Source of the DNA: Eledone cirrhosa
Lineage: Eukaryota
Direction: 5' to 3'
NCBI GenBank assembly: GCA_964016885.1
Contig: OZ024747.1
Span: forward strand, 79,546,001-79,610,000
Length of the DNA: 64,000 nt
Below are positions 31,066 to 44,162 of this stretch, piece after piece (the first letter of the stretch is position 1; each line of letters begins with the position of its first letter). The notes below the pieces were generated by a model that was not told the origin of the DNA, made no database searches, and saw only the letters and a program-made list of their open reading frames with translations. The translations under genes were made by a program, and so were the position numbers.

Positions 31066-31445
31066 GTGAAGGTGGTGGTGGTGGTGGTGGTGGTGGTATT
31101 GGTGATGATGATGGCGGTGGTGATGATGATGGCGGTGGTGCTGGTGATGTTGATGATCGTGGTGGTGGCGGTGGTTGTGGTGTTGTTGGTGATACTGATG
31201 GTGGTGGTGGTATTGGTGGTGCTCGTGGTGCTGGTGGTGTTGATGGTAGAGGCGGTGGTTGTGGTGTTGTTGGTGATACTGATGGTGGCGGCGGTATTGG
31301 TGTTGCTGGTGATGTTGATGGTGGCGGCGGTGGTTGTGGTGTTGCTGGTGATGATGGTGGTGGTGGCGGTGGTTGTGGTGGTGGCGGTGGTTGTGGTGAT
31401 GCTGGTGATGTTGATGGTGGTGGCGGTGGTGGCGGTGGTTGTGGT
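31066..31445. repeat. Degenerate (GGT/GAT)n tract
   Basis: Seen directly. Confidence 0.85.
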
Positions 31446-31620
31446 CGAGTGGGATGTGAAAAAATCGATATAAAAATGGTCGTATGACTTGTTTACTACA
31501 GAAATGTGAGAAAATGTCCGATCTAATGTCACTGGGGTAGATGGGTGGGTGTTCATGTATAGATATATATATATACATTGTATACACACAACTTCACACT
31601 CTCTCATACACACACACACG

Positions 31621-31667
<47 letters not shown>

Positions 31668-31676
31668 CATTCACAC

Positions 31677-31734
<58 letters not shown>

Positions 31735-31856
31735 GCATAAATACTTATACACATATATATATACCTTCATACATACATACACCCACATTCACACACATTC
31801 ATCTCTCTCTCATATATATATATATATACACACGCACGCACACACACACACACACA

Positions 31857-31901
<45 letters not shown>

Positions 31902-32151
31902 CATACACATACATACACACTGAAACTGAAGCAACATTTCCATATCTTGATTAGTGTTTTCAGGAAAGCGACCAAAAGAAAAATCAATCCGCAATCGAAC
32001 TTTTAATTTTGTCTTGTGTAACAACATCAACAACAACATGAATAACAACAACAACAACAACAACAACAACATGAACAACAACAACAACAACAACAAAAAC
32101 AACAACAACAACAGCAGCAAGAACAACAACAATAACAGCAAGAACAAATAA

Positions 32152-32300
32152 TAATGCTTTCTGATTTAGGCCCAAGGTCAACAATTTTCGGAGAGGCGAG
32201 AGTCGTTTAAATCGACACCAGTGCATTACTGGTACTTTATTTTATCGATCCCGTAAGGACGAAGGGCAAAGCTTACATCGACAGGATTTGAACTCAGAAC
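32152..32300 (-). mobile_element. tRNA-derived SINE, family B variant
   Basis: CTGGTACTTTATTTTATCGA core and ATTTGAACTCAGA (reverse B-box). Confidence 0.7.
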
Positions 32301-32339
32301 GCAGTGGTTTGATGTGCAATCGTGTGGTAGGACATGTGT

Positions 32340-32550
32340 TGTTTTGGCTCTTGCAAGAAACAAGGTCAGTATGACCCCATTGAAAAATATTTTCCAAGTC
32401 TTTGATTATGAAGTAGGTGCAGGTTTGGTGTGAGGTCTTGAGGTTTCATGAGGAAGACGTTTGTTTGGAGGAGGTTTATGGAAGAATTGGGGAGTGTTTC
32501 ATCTACGTAAGAGTAGGTGTGACTGAAAGTATGTCATTGATGTAACAGAA
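32340..32550 (-). pseudogene. Decayed LINE RT fragment (CR1/Jockey-like)
   Basis: Minus strand with frameshifts: FCYINDILS, HTYSYVDETL, KDLENIFQWGHTDLV, resembling YIND..HSYADD..DL..I..WG..NLV. Confidence 0.5.
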
Positions 32551-34118
32551 AGTATGTTATTGATGTAACAGAAGGTTAGTCATTCATGTAACAGAAGGTC
32601 AGTCATTGATGTAACAGAAGATATATCATTGATGTAACAGAAGATCAGTCATTGATGTAACAGAAGGTATGTCATTGATGTAACAGAAGGTCAGTCATTG
32701 ATGTAACAGAAGATATGTCATTGATGTAACAGAAGGTATGTCATTTATGTAACAGAAGGTATGTCATTGATGTAACAGAAGGTATGTCATTGATGTAACA
32801 AAAGATGTCATTGATGTAACAGAAGGCTAGTCATTAATGTAACAGAAGATATGTCATTGATATAACAGAAGGTATGTCATTGATGTAACAGAAGATATGT
32901 CATTGATGTAACAGAAGGTCAGTCATTGATGTAACAGAAGGTATGTCATTGATGTAACAGAAGATATGTCATTGATGTAACAGAAGATATGTCATTGATG
33001 TAACAGAAGATATGTCATTGATGTAACAGAAGGTTAGTCATTCATGTAACAGAAGGTATGTCATTGATGTAACAGAAGGTATGCCATTGATGTAACAGAA
33101 GATATGTCATTGATGTAACAGAAAGTAAGTCATTGATGTAACAGAAGATATGTCATTGATGTAACAGAAGATATGTCATTGATGTAACAGAAGGTATGTC
33201 ATTGATGTAACAGAAGGTATGTCATTGATGTAACAGAAGGTATGCCATTGATGTAACAGAAGATATGTCATTGATGTAACAGAAAGTAAGTCATTGATGT
33301 AACAGAAGATATGTCATTGATGTAACAGAAGATATGTCATTGATGTAACAGAAGGTCAGTCATTGATGTAACAGAAGGTCAGCCATTGATGTAACAGAAG
33401 GTATGTCATTGATGTAACAGAAGGTATGTCATTGATGTAACAGAAGGTCAGTCATTGATGTAACAGAAGATATGTCATTGATGTAACAGAAGGTATGTCA
33501 TTGATGTAACAGAAGGTCAGTCATTGATGTAACAGAAGATATGTCATTGATGTAACAGAAGGTTAGTCATTGATGTAACAGAAGGTATGTCATTGATGTA
33601 ACAGAAGGTATGTCATTGATGTAGCAGAAGATATGTCATTGATATAACAGAAGGTCAGTCATTGATGTAACAGAAGGTATGTCATTGATGTAACAGAAGG
33701 TCAGTCATTGATGAAACAGAAGATATGTCATTGATGTAACAGAAGGTATGTCATTGATGTAACAGAAGATATGTCATTAATGTAACAGAAGGTATGCCAT
33801 TGATGTAACAGAAGGTATGCCATTGATGTAACAGAAGATATGTCATTGATGTAACAAGATATGTCATTGATGTAACAGAAGGTCAGTCATTGATGTAACA
33901 GAAGGTATGCCATTGATGTAACAGAAGGTCAGTCATTGATGTAACAGAAGATCAGTCATTGATGTAACAGAAGGTCAGTCATTGATGTAACAGAAGGTCA
34001 GCCATTGATGTAACAGAAGGTATGTCATTGATGTAACAGAAGGTCAGTCATTGATGTAACAGAAGGTATGTCATTGATGTAACAGAAGGTAAGTCATTGA
34101 TGTAACAGAAGGTATGTA
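32527..34118. repeat. 23-bp minisatellite, ~69 units (TGATGTAACAGAAGGTATGTCAT)
   Basis: Period 23 (33181 to 33204); variation mostly in one 5-nt window. Confidence 0.95.
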
Positions 34119-34165
34119 CATTGAGTTCTAACCACGTTATCGATCCCACCATAAACAGGTGGAAA

Positions 34166-34228
<63 letters not shown>

Positions 34229-34377
34229 TTTGATTACCTTTACAGGCAATATTTATTAGAACGCTGTTGATGTGTGTACACATTTTTGAGACACCCTGTA
34301 TATATATATATATATATATATATTTAAAGGTTAAACAAGGTTCATTGAATAAATCAAAGAATGAGTTTTATAATAGA

Positions 34378-35609
34378 CTAGCAGTAAAGCCCGGCGTTGC
34401 TCGGGGTGGCTCAGTAGCTGTGTTAAAGTTACAATGTTAAGTTTCTTTTTTGGCTTAAAAACTGTAGTGTCTACTGTGCAGACTTGCATGTGGTGTTTTT
34501 GATTAATATTCCCTCAACCAACAATATGCCTTATGAAGTTAAGAAAACATAACGATAACCCGAATGTTATAACAAAAGAGGATACTGGGAATAAAAACTG
34601 CACTGGTTATTTATTAACAAAGATCGAAAATGTAAACACTGCAACGCAGAGAAAAACATTAGCGTAACCAAATTATCAGTTATGTCTGTCTGCACGCCTA
34701 TATCACCTCTCTGCACGACTGTCTGTCTGCACGCCTATATCACCTCTCTGCACGACTATCTGTCTGCACGCGTATATCACCTCTCTGCACGACTGTCTGT
34801 CTGCACGCGTATATCACCTCTCTGCACGACTGTCTGTCTGCACGACTGTCTGTCTGCACGCCTAACGAAATTTACAGATACATATATTTTAAATAAACTT
34901 ATATAATTTTTGCTTTTTTTTACGAAATATTTGCTTGTTTTACGTAGTCTTTAAATAGACTTGTTTTCAAGTAAAAATATTGTTTTAAAAGGCTTTTAAA
35001 TGGAAATGAAGCAAAACGGAAGCTTAGTGTTCGAACTGATGAATTTTGCAGGTCAAAATTTTGCTGGCTCGACAACTGTTCGCGTATTGTGTTAATGTCA
35101 TTTTAAACGCTGAGAAAGCCAGCGTAATTTTTTTAATTTTTGCACGCAGACGCTCAATGTAAACAGAACAAAGGGAAATAACTCGTCACTTACGCTCAAA
35201 AATCGATACATTAGATTCGATTTCATCACATAGGGTGGGTCAATTTGAAATATTCTTTTCCCGATGTCTTCGCTAGGGCTCAATGTACAAGTATAGCAAT
35301 TTCGGTGCAATTCCGTCAGAGATTCTAAGAGGAGATGTGTGCCAAAAATCGATAGACAGACAGACAACCACAGCTTTATATATATAGAACAAAGGGAAAT
35401 AACTCGTCACTTACGCTCAAAAATCGATACATTAGATTCGATTTCGTCACATAGGGTGGGTCAATTTGAAATTTTTTTTTTCCGATGTCTTCGCTAGGGC
35501 TCAATGTACAAGTATAGCAATTTCGGTGCAATTCCGTCAGAGATTCTAAGAGGAGATGTGTGCCAAAAATAGATAGACAGACAGACAACCACAGCTTTAT
35601 ATATATAGA
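34378..35609 (-). mobile_element. Non-autonomous Helitron with tandemly duplicated 5' end
   Basis: Minus strand starts A|TCTATATATATAAAG and ends hairpin CCCGAGCAACGCCGGG + CTAG|T; (CTGT)n near the 5' end; internal minisatellite at 34683-34862. Confidence 0.85.
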
Positions 35610-35648
35610 TTGGAAGCACTCCACAGAATTGTTTTTCCGGAGTTATTA

Positions 35649-35992
35649 ATATTAATTCAAAATATTAACAAAAATAGACATTCGTGTGATCAAGTATATT
35701 TTATTATACATATTTCAGAGGTACTGAGCTATCTTCAACAGTACGTCCTCATCAGATAAAATAAGATGATGCATGACATACCCTGACATATTAGATGGTT
35801 AAGATTCAGCCATGGTAGTGACTGAATCTTAACTACCATGACTGAATCTTAACCATCTAATATGCCAGGGTATGTCATGCATCATCTTATTTTATCTGAG
35901 GACGTACTGTTGAAGATAGCTCAGTACCTCTGAAATATGTATAATAAAATATACTTGATCACACGAATGTCTATTTTTGTTGATATTTTGAA

Positions 35993-35999
<7 letters not shown>
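35649..35999. repeat. Fold-back palindrome, ~170-bp arms, each carrying a hammerhead
   Basis: Arms nearly identical; 12-nt spacer GACTGAATCTTA at 35820-35831. Confidence 0.95.
35698..35762 (-). ncRNA. Type I hammerhead ribozyme motif
   Basis: TTTTAT-CTGATGA-GGAC-GTACTG..CAGTAC-CTCT-GAAATATGTA-TAATAAAA; the plus-strand arm copy near 35896 lacks 3 core nt. Confidence 0.6.
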
Positions 36000-36613
<614 letters not shown>

Positions 36614-36757
36614 CCTTTTTGAATTTGTTTTGCAAGATTTCTTATCTGAAAACGTGTATTGAAACAGATATTGTTATACTTTGGCAGCATGACCCTCCCA
36701 AAGTATACTATATATATATATACTGTACCGATTGTGTTGTTATTTCTGTTTACCTTT

Positions 36758-36847
<90 letters not shown>

Positions 36848-36991
36848 AGTTTATCCCGGGTTCAATCGGAGGTAACAACAGTAAGTAAGGTACTCAATAC
36901 AAAGCAGAGTATTAATATTTAATATAGAAATGGCTTCTACAGGACTAGAACTGTCTCATTCGGGAGAAATCATCATCATCATATATATATA

Positions 36992-37175
36992 TAACGAAGA
37001 AAGTGTGGTAAGGAACCAGGTGGACCATAACGCACCAGAGTACTCGATACTTTGGGTAGTAGAGTGGGTAATAGGAAAAGAGTCAGGACCCCGACGGCAG
37101 AGCTCAAGCTGTTTCGACGGAAATAGCCGTCGAAACGGCATGAGCTCTGCCGTCGGGGTCGTGACCCTTTCCCTA
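36992..37175 (-). mobile_element. Half-hammerhead fold-back element, copy 1
   Basis: Palindrome at 37072-37175 with GAAACGGCA-TGAGCTC-TGCCGTC; tail shared with the 40836 and 63409 copies. Confidence 0.85.
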
Positions 37176-37246
37176 TATATATATATATATATGTGTGTGT
37201 GTATGTGTATGTATGTATGTATGTATGTATGTATATGTATACATAT

Positions 37247-37856
37247 GTCAGGTCACCAGTTGGTGCTACTGGTAACATGTATCCCAGTACAACCTGTCTC
37301 ATGGTCGGGTCGTTGGCGACTAAACTGGCAACCCCACCAAGGTTTCTTGGTGAGGAGGGTGACTTTGGACATCCTGCACGACTAAAAAGAAAACCTGTCA
37401 AAGGGCAAAGGAGCTCTTAAGAGTCAATGGCCATCCAAAATCACTGGGAGAGATGACCCCTTAGCCTTTGTCAAGGCAGAATTATAGCAGAAGGAAAACT
37501 CTGATATAACACCTGCAACTCTGATGGTATCCAATGATGTTGACTTGTTCTTCTTTTTGGTAAATATCATCTTGGTTAAGAGAGTGGGACTGGCTTTGTG
37601 CAGTGCTTTTGCTCACTATAAAAGCTTCACGGCACAGGCATTGCTTTATATGTGGAGATCTCTCTGCACTTGTCCTCACATGGTACCATGGGCCCAGCAC
37701 TATGTGTCAATAATTGTCACAAGTGTAGTGTTTGTACCAGAGTTTTCAAGTCGCTGGCTGGACTAAAAAGTCACACTCGTTCAGCGCATCGGTAAGGGTT
37801 CTCCTACATGGATATAAAGTAGTGGCCGTACTCGAAAACGAGTTGGCAGCCACCAT
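37247..37856 (+). mobile_element. Non-autonomous RTE-derived bipartite element, full length (610 bp), copy 5
   Basis: RTE 5'-UTR-like motif GAAGGAAAACTCTGA; 3' part encodes CSVCTRVFKSLAGLKSHTRSAH; TATG-type repeats at both ends. Confidence 0.85.
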
Positions 37857-38283
37857 ATATGTATACAGGCTTCTATGCAGGTTCCGTCTACCAAATTTCA
37901 ACACTCACAAAGCATTGGTCAAACACATGCTGGCCGAAAGTGCCACGGGACTGAATACGAAATCAATTGTACATTTTTCTTTTTTGTTATCACACATACA
38001 GCCTTGTTGACCTTTGAACTGCAAACATTTCTGAAATAAAACGTCTGTCTGTTGCAGCTGAAAAGGTCAAAACTTGTATAGCAGCTATGTCATTGAATCG
38101 ATAAGTGTGTGGTGGTGGTGGTGATGGTGGTGGTAGTGGCGGTGGTGATGGTGGTGGTGGTGATGGTGGTGGCGGTGGTGATGGTGGCGGTGGTGATGGT
38201 AGCGGTGGTGCAAAGACTGGGAATATAATGAAAGACTAGAAGACAAAAAGAGAGAGAGAGAGAGAGAGAGATAGAGAGAGAGA

Positions 38284-38326
<43 letters not shown>

Positions 38327-38651
38327 AGGTGTCAGAAATGTAAGCTATCATTATCAAATAAAGAAAAAAATAAGAAAGAGAGAGAGAACAAAAAAAAAAC
38401 TATAAAGAAACCACAGCGTCTTTGTTGAAATTATTACATTATATGAGTTAGGTTGTAGAATATATTGGAAAGAAAGAAATACTAAACAACCACACAATTC
38501 TAAATATCATTGGTCACTTAATTGGGAAACAACACTTCTAAAACAATACGACAACCAATTACGAACAGAGAACACACCAGTTATATCTATCTATCTATCT
38601 GTCTATCTATATCTATCTATCTATCTATCTATCTGTCTGTCTATCTGTCTG

Positions 38652-38768
<117 letters not shown>

Positions 38769-38874
38769 GTATATATGTATATATATATATACGTATATAT
38801 GTATATATATATATATATAAAGCGGCTGACTTAAGAAGCTTTTGACAAATACGAAATTTCAAATATGTTGGTCC

Positions 38875-39006
38875 CAACGCAGATGACTATAATAATAATA
38901 ATTATCAATAACTATAAATAACAGTTGAGAAAATCGGATAAACTACCCCCCAAAAAATGTACAGGGATGGCTTATATTGATCGACTATTATTATAATTAT
39001 CTGCGT
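38875..39006. repeat. Imperfect inverted repeat, possibly an old MITE
   Basis: ACGCAGATGACTATAATAATA..ATCAATA versus TATTGAT..TATTATTATAATTATCTGCGT. Confidence 0.45.
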
Positions 39007-39209
39007 GTGGATACACACAGTTAAAAATTCACAAACATATACATATTCTCTATTAAGGCCAAGTTTGAATCTACATTACTCACAGGATCATCAGACTGAC
39101 ATATGAATACACAGGAGACACTCCAAAGTAACAAGGCTCAAGTTTCACCTTCATAACAATATTAATCTCTTTTATGGTACTCATTCTCGAGACATTATTA
39201 AGCGTATTT

Positions 39210-39396
39210 GGCGGTGGATTGGCAGTATCGGTAGAGAGTCGGACGCCATGCTTTGAAGCATAGAGTTACGTCCCTTTATGATCTGAGTTCAAATCCCGCC
39301 GAGGTTAACTTTGCCTTTCATCCTTACGGGGTCGATAAAATAAAGTACCAGTAATGTACTGGGTAATTTGCTGGCGTTGTGCCAAAAATAGAAACA
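39210..39396 (+). mobile_element. tRNA-derived SINE, family B, with 16-bp TSD
   Basis: ATTATTAAGCGTATTT at 39194-39209 and 39397-39412. Confidence 0.9.
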
Positions 39397-39422
39397 ATTA
39401 TTAAGCGTATTTATATAAGTAT

Positions 39423-39630
39423 GAAGGAGTGTGGCGTAGTGGTAAAAGCGTTGGATTCACAACGTGAGGTCTGTGGATTCAATTCCTGGATCAAATAGTG
39501 CGGTGTCCTTGAACAGGGCACTATATCCCCTCTTCACAGAGAGGGGAGACTGGTAAGCATGTTTTCTACAAAACATCTTGTTCGGGCTTGTGTCGCGGAG
39601 GGGAACTTTCTATGTGCAAAACATGCAAAA
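39423..39630 (+). mobile_element. tRNA-derived SINE (family A-related)
   Basis: A-box GTGGCGTAGTGG, B-box GATTCAATTCC, GTGTCCTTGAACAGGGCACT. Confidence 0.6.
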
Positions 39631-40060
39631 CACTCTTTACACACACACACACACATACACATACACACACATACACCTCACCCACACACACACACACATA
39701 CACACACACACATACACCCCACACACACACATACACACACATACACGCATAGTGAAGAATAAGTATGCATAATGGGTTTTTTTCAACAATTTATTCTGAA
39801 ATTTTCCATTACAAATGTTTCAACGGGTTTGACGACTATGTAGTAGGTTCAATAATATCAATCCTGCCTCTTCAGGATTATATTTATATATATATATATA
39901 CACACACATATACATACATATACTAACACAAACACACACATATATGTATATATATATATATAAATATATATATAAATATATATATATATATACACACATA
40001 TACATACATATACTAACACAAATGCACACATTTATATATGTTTGTATATGTGTGTGTGTG

Positions 40061-40164
<104 letters not shown>

Positions 40165-40765
40165 GGAACCTCAGCTCACGAACGCCTCTCATCACAAACA
40201 ACTCCCATAAACAAACGTGTCTGTATGTCTGAATATGTATGATTATATGTAAAACATATATATTTATTATGTACGTAAAATACAACCACCGCCGCTACTT
40301 TTCTAGAGTCAATCTATAATATATTACTACCGCCATGTTGCTTGGCTACAAAACTTGCAGACGACAACACGACTAAATTACATTGATTTTATTTTTAAGA
40401 TAAAGTAAAATCTAATAAAAATCTAAAATAAAAAAAAAATTGATTGAATAAGCATTGTTTAACAATTGTGATTTCAAACATAAATATGTCTGCAATATTG
40501 TTTTTGTGGTTTCTTTTTTTCTTTCGTTTTCTTTGTATTATTTTTATATTTTATTTTCTTAAAGATTTACACATTTCCTAGAGATAACACCAAGCGGGGT
40601 GGAATATTGAATCTAAGAAATAAAGAAGGGTGGTAAGGAGAGGGGGATACAGACAGGGTGTGAAGGAGTGTGTGTTTCTATATATATGAAAGGTAGAAAT
40701 AAGTACGTATGTATCATATGTATATCTGTATGTATGTATGTACGTATATGTGTATGTGCATACAC

Positions 40766-40835
<70 letters not shown>

Positions 40836-40836
<1 letters not shown>

Positions 40837-40991
40837 GGAAAAGAGTCAGAACCCCGACGGCTGAGCTCCGGCCGTTTCGACAGCTAGATCCGAACGAAAC
40901 GGCCGGAGTTCAGTCGTCGGGGTCCTGACTCTTTTCCTATTACCCACTCTACTACCGTAAGTATCGAGTACTCTAGTGCGTTATGGTCCAT
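40836..40991 (+). mobile_element. Half-hammerhead fold-back element, copy 2
   Basis: Palindrome at 40834-40940, then TATTACCCACTCTACTACC..GTGCGTTATGGTCCA. Confidence 0.85.
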
Positions 40992-41029
40992 GTGTGTGTG
41001 TGTGTGTGTGTGTGTGTCTGAAGGTCCAT

Positions 41030-41340
41030 GACATGGTGGTTAGAACGTTGGGGTGCAATTGAGTTTGATTCTCAGCCCGGGTGATGTGTTGTGTCCTAGA
41101 GAAAAATATTTTATTTCACGTGCTCCAGTTTACTCAGCTGTAGAAATGAGTCGCGACGTCATTGGCGCCGAGTTGTATGGGTCATTGCCTTTCCTTTGGA
41201 TAACATTAGTGGGGTGGAGAAGGGAGACTGGTATGTATGGATGACTGCTGGTCTTCCATAATCAACCTTGACTGGACATGTGCCTCGGAGGGGAAACTTT
41301 CTAGGTGCAAATCCCATGGTCATTCGTGACCGAAGGTTTT
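41030..41340 (+). mobile_element. tRNA-derived SINE (family A-related)
   Basis: GGTGGTTAGA..GAGTTTGATTCTC..GTGTTGTGTCC..TTTATTTCACGTGCTCCAG. Confidence 0.6.
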
Positions 41341-41699
41341 TTTTTACCTATATATACATATATCACATACATCATCTCTCATTGCCTCAAACTTTATTTA
41401 TTACTAAATTTCCACATACCTATATGTATGTGTGTGTATATGTATACACACACATATACATACATGGACATTTAGAGATAATAAATCTGCAAGAGAGGGC
41501 GGATAACGAGTGTGTACGTTGTGGAATAATATATATTTTATGTATACGAATCTAAGAGACAGCAAAACTGTTTGTGGTAGAAGTAAGTTCTTTTTAGTTT
41601 CGTCTTCGGTGGTGTTTACTCTGGTTTCTTTTCTCTACTAAGAATTTTTATTTTATCAGTTGATATGTCTTCCTTGTGTATTTTGTTTTATTTTTTTGA

Positions 41700-42860
41700 G
41701 AAGTCAACCTCAATGTCGTCACATTTTTCAACTCTTCATCGTTGCGTTGTTTCCTATATTTCATTCTTAATTTCCTAACTAATGTTCTTTCATCAATTAT
41801 ATAAACACAGTTTATAATTCCTTAACTTTCGGAGAAAGTAAAAACAGCGTTGAACATTCTTTTATATAATCGCTTCTCATCTAATGATATCAAAATGGAC
41901 GGCAACATCCGCATTTGCTGAGATAATTACAAGCAAAATATTTATTTAAACTAATTAATGAGTTAATGTATTAAATATTTTTTTCTTTTTCATATAAAAT
42001 ATCAATTAAGTCGGAATTATGGAATATCAATTTTTTATGGGCTTTTCAAAGGAGAAGGACCAGACATGTGACCTTTATAGGTACTTCCTAGACGACTTGA
42101 TAGATTGATTCAAGTGGTTTGAATATTTGTAGGTCAATCTATGTAAGGGAAATATGGGTGGAGACATCGTAACTTAGTCTCATTTCATGGTATGGCCGTA
42201 AGAGAAACTGTTTGGCTTCAAACACGACGATAATGCGGTACAACCACAAACAGCTGAACTATAAAGTGTGGAGTCATCGCCTGTGTGGAGGGGGATAACG
42301 CCGGGATGTGGTGGTGGTGTAAATGTTGAGAAATATTTAACACCGACGGTTCCCCAATATTTAAAAAAAAAAAAAGGCGGTGGATTGGCAGTATCGGTAG
42401 AGGGTCTGACGCCATGCTTTATAGCAAAGAGTTACGGCCCTTTATGGTCTGAGTTCAAATCCCGCCGAGGTTAACTTTGCCTTTCATCCTTACGGGGTCG
42501 ACAAAATAAAGCACCAATAATACTCTGGGATAATTGCTGGCCTTGTGCCAAAAGTAGAAACAAGTTTTTTTTTATTTTTTAGAGAATTCAACCTCAACTT
42601 CGTCACATTTCTCAGCTCCTCATCGTTGTTTTGTTTTCTATATTTCATTCTTAATTTCTTAACTAATGTTCTTATATTGTGTTCTTCCATCTGTTGTTTC
42701 CTTTTAGCTTCAGAAAGAGGGTCGTATAATTCCTAAGTTGAATTATACACAAAGAGATACAGTATTAGAGCTTATAGATTATAGTGAGGCCTCCTTTGCT
42801 TTTAGCTTTTTAAATTTTGCTTCTATCCCTCCACACGGGGTAGGTTATTTTCTATACATT
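41700..42860 (-). mobile_element. Possible highly decayed R4/NeSL-like LINE fragments with a ~90-bp duplicated block
   Basis: 41701-41790 resembles 42585-42672; minus-strand PVWR.IEAKFKKLK and KKLRMKYRK only weakly resemble R4 ORFs. Confidence 0.25.
42376..42562 (+). mobile_element. tRNA-derived SINE, family B
   Basis: Full head, core and tail. Confidence 0.88.
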
Positions 42861-43238
42861 TTAAACTAAGGCTGATTAATCGCAGAGCAATATTATTCTT
42901 TATCTAAAGTATAAAATTAGCTTCTAATACACTTTATGCTAAAAATATATCACATTTTTTTCCTATTTATGAGATCGGGTCTGTAAATATTAAACAGAAC
43001 GTTGTTCAAAAGTGGGAGAAAGAGAGAGAACGGATGTATAATAAAGAGAAAGGAACTACGGGAGAGTTGTAGAAAAAATAGAACTAAAGTGTAAGAGAGA
43101 GATGAGGAGGTGCAGCAAGAGGAAAGAGAGAATGTAAGACATAAATATGAAGAGATAGAGAGAGAAGTGTAAATGAGAAAAAATAGGGAGGCTGAAAATA
43201 TCTAGAATAGTCGAATGAACGTAAAGAGAAGCAAATGG

Positions 43239-43310
<72 letters not shown>

Positions 43311-43479
43311 AATAAAAAACCGAACGAGAAAGAGAGACAAAGTGAGAAGGGTGTATGTGTATATATATATTCTTTGTGCATGTATATTCTTTGTTAAGAC
43401 CAAGTTTATCGGATGACCCTGTAGGTACACAAGAGAAACTCCAGAGGAACATGACCTAAACTTGATCATGCGCCAGTTT

Positions 43480-43965
43480 CAGCATTCAGTAATCAGAAGA
43501 AAGAAGGTAGGCGTAAAAGCCAAACTCGCTGTCTTCAATTAGACATTCGTGCCAACCCTTACTTATGGCCATGAATCTTGAGTAATGATCGAAAGAATAC
43601 GATCGCGAATACAAGCGGCCGAAATGGGATTCCTCCGAGGGGTCTTTGGAGTAACGATACTCAATAGACGTAGCTCGGAGATCAGAGAGTCACTCCAGGT
43701 AGAGCTACTACTTATCCAAATTGAGAGACCACAGCTCCGATATTATGGGTATGTAGTTAGAATGTCTCGGGAAAGAATTGCTGGACAGATTTTACGGGCA
43801 AAACCAACCGGCAGGAGACCCAGGAGTAGACCCTGAGCAAGATGGTTGGATGACATTCAAGAGCTTGGATGGTCACGCTTGGGAATCCAACCGGATCACT
43901 TGGAGGCGGTTACTTCTGACAGGACCCGCTGGAGGGACTTTGAGGACTCTGCCACCATGACTCTC
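43480..43965 (+). mobile_element. RTE-clade (Rex3/Expander-like) LINE 3' fragment
   Basis: RSRIQAAEMGFLR..RSSEIRESL..QLRYYGYVVRM..GRRPRSRP. Confidence 0.85.
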
Positions 43966-44162
43966 TATTAACATTGATTTTGCTGTGAAAAGATGTGTGG
44001 AGATGATCATTGAGAGTGAGGTGGAGTTCTGCGACGTCGACACAGACGAACTGGGCCTCCTACTTAGACTTACCTACGACACTGACTACCTAGACAGCCA
44101 TGACATTAGACGTTTCTGCCCTAGTAGACCTATAAGAGGTAGACCTCCCCACCATAACCCCA

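Noticed and set aside
32527-34118. CRISPR-like regular repeats (also 46418-48702 and 691-5700)
   Set aside because: No unique spacers and no cas genes; ordinary eukaryotic minisatellites.
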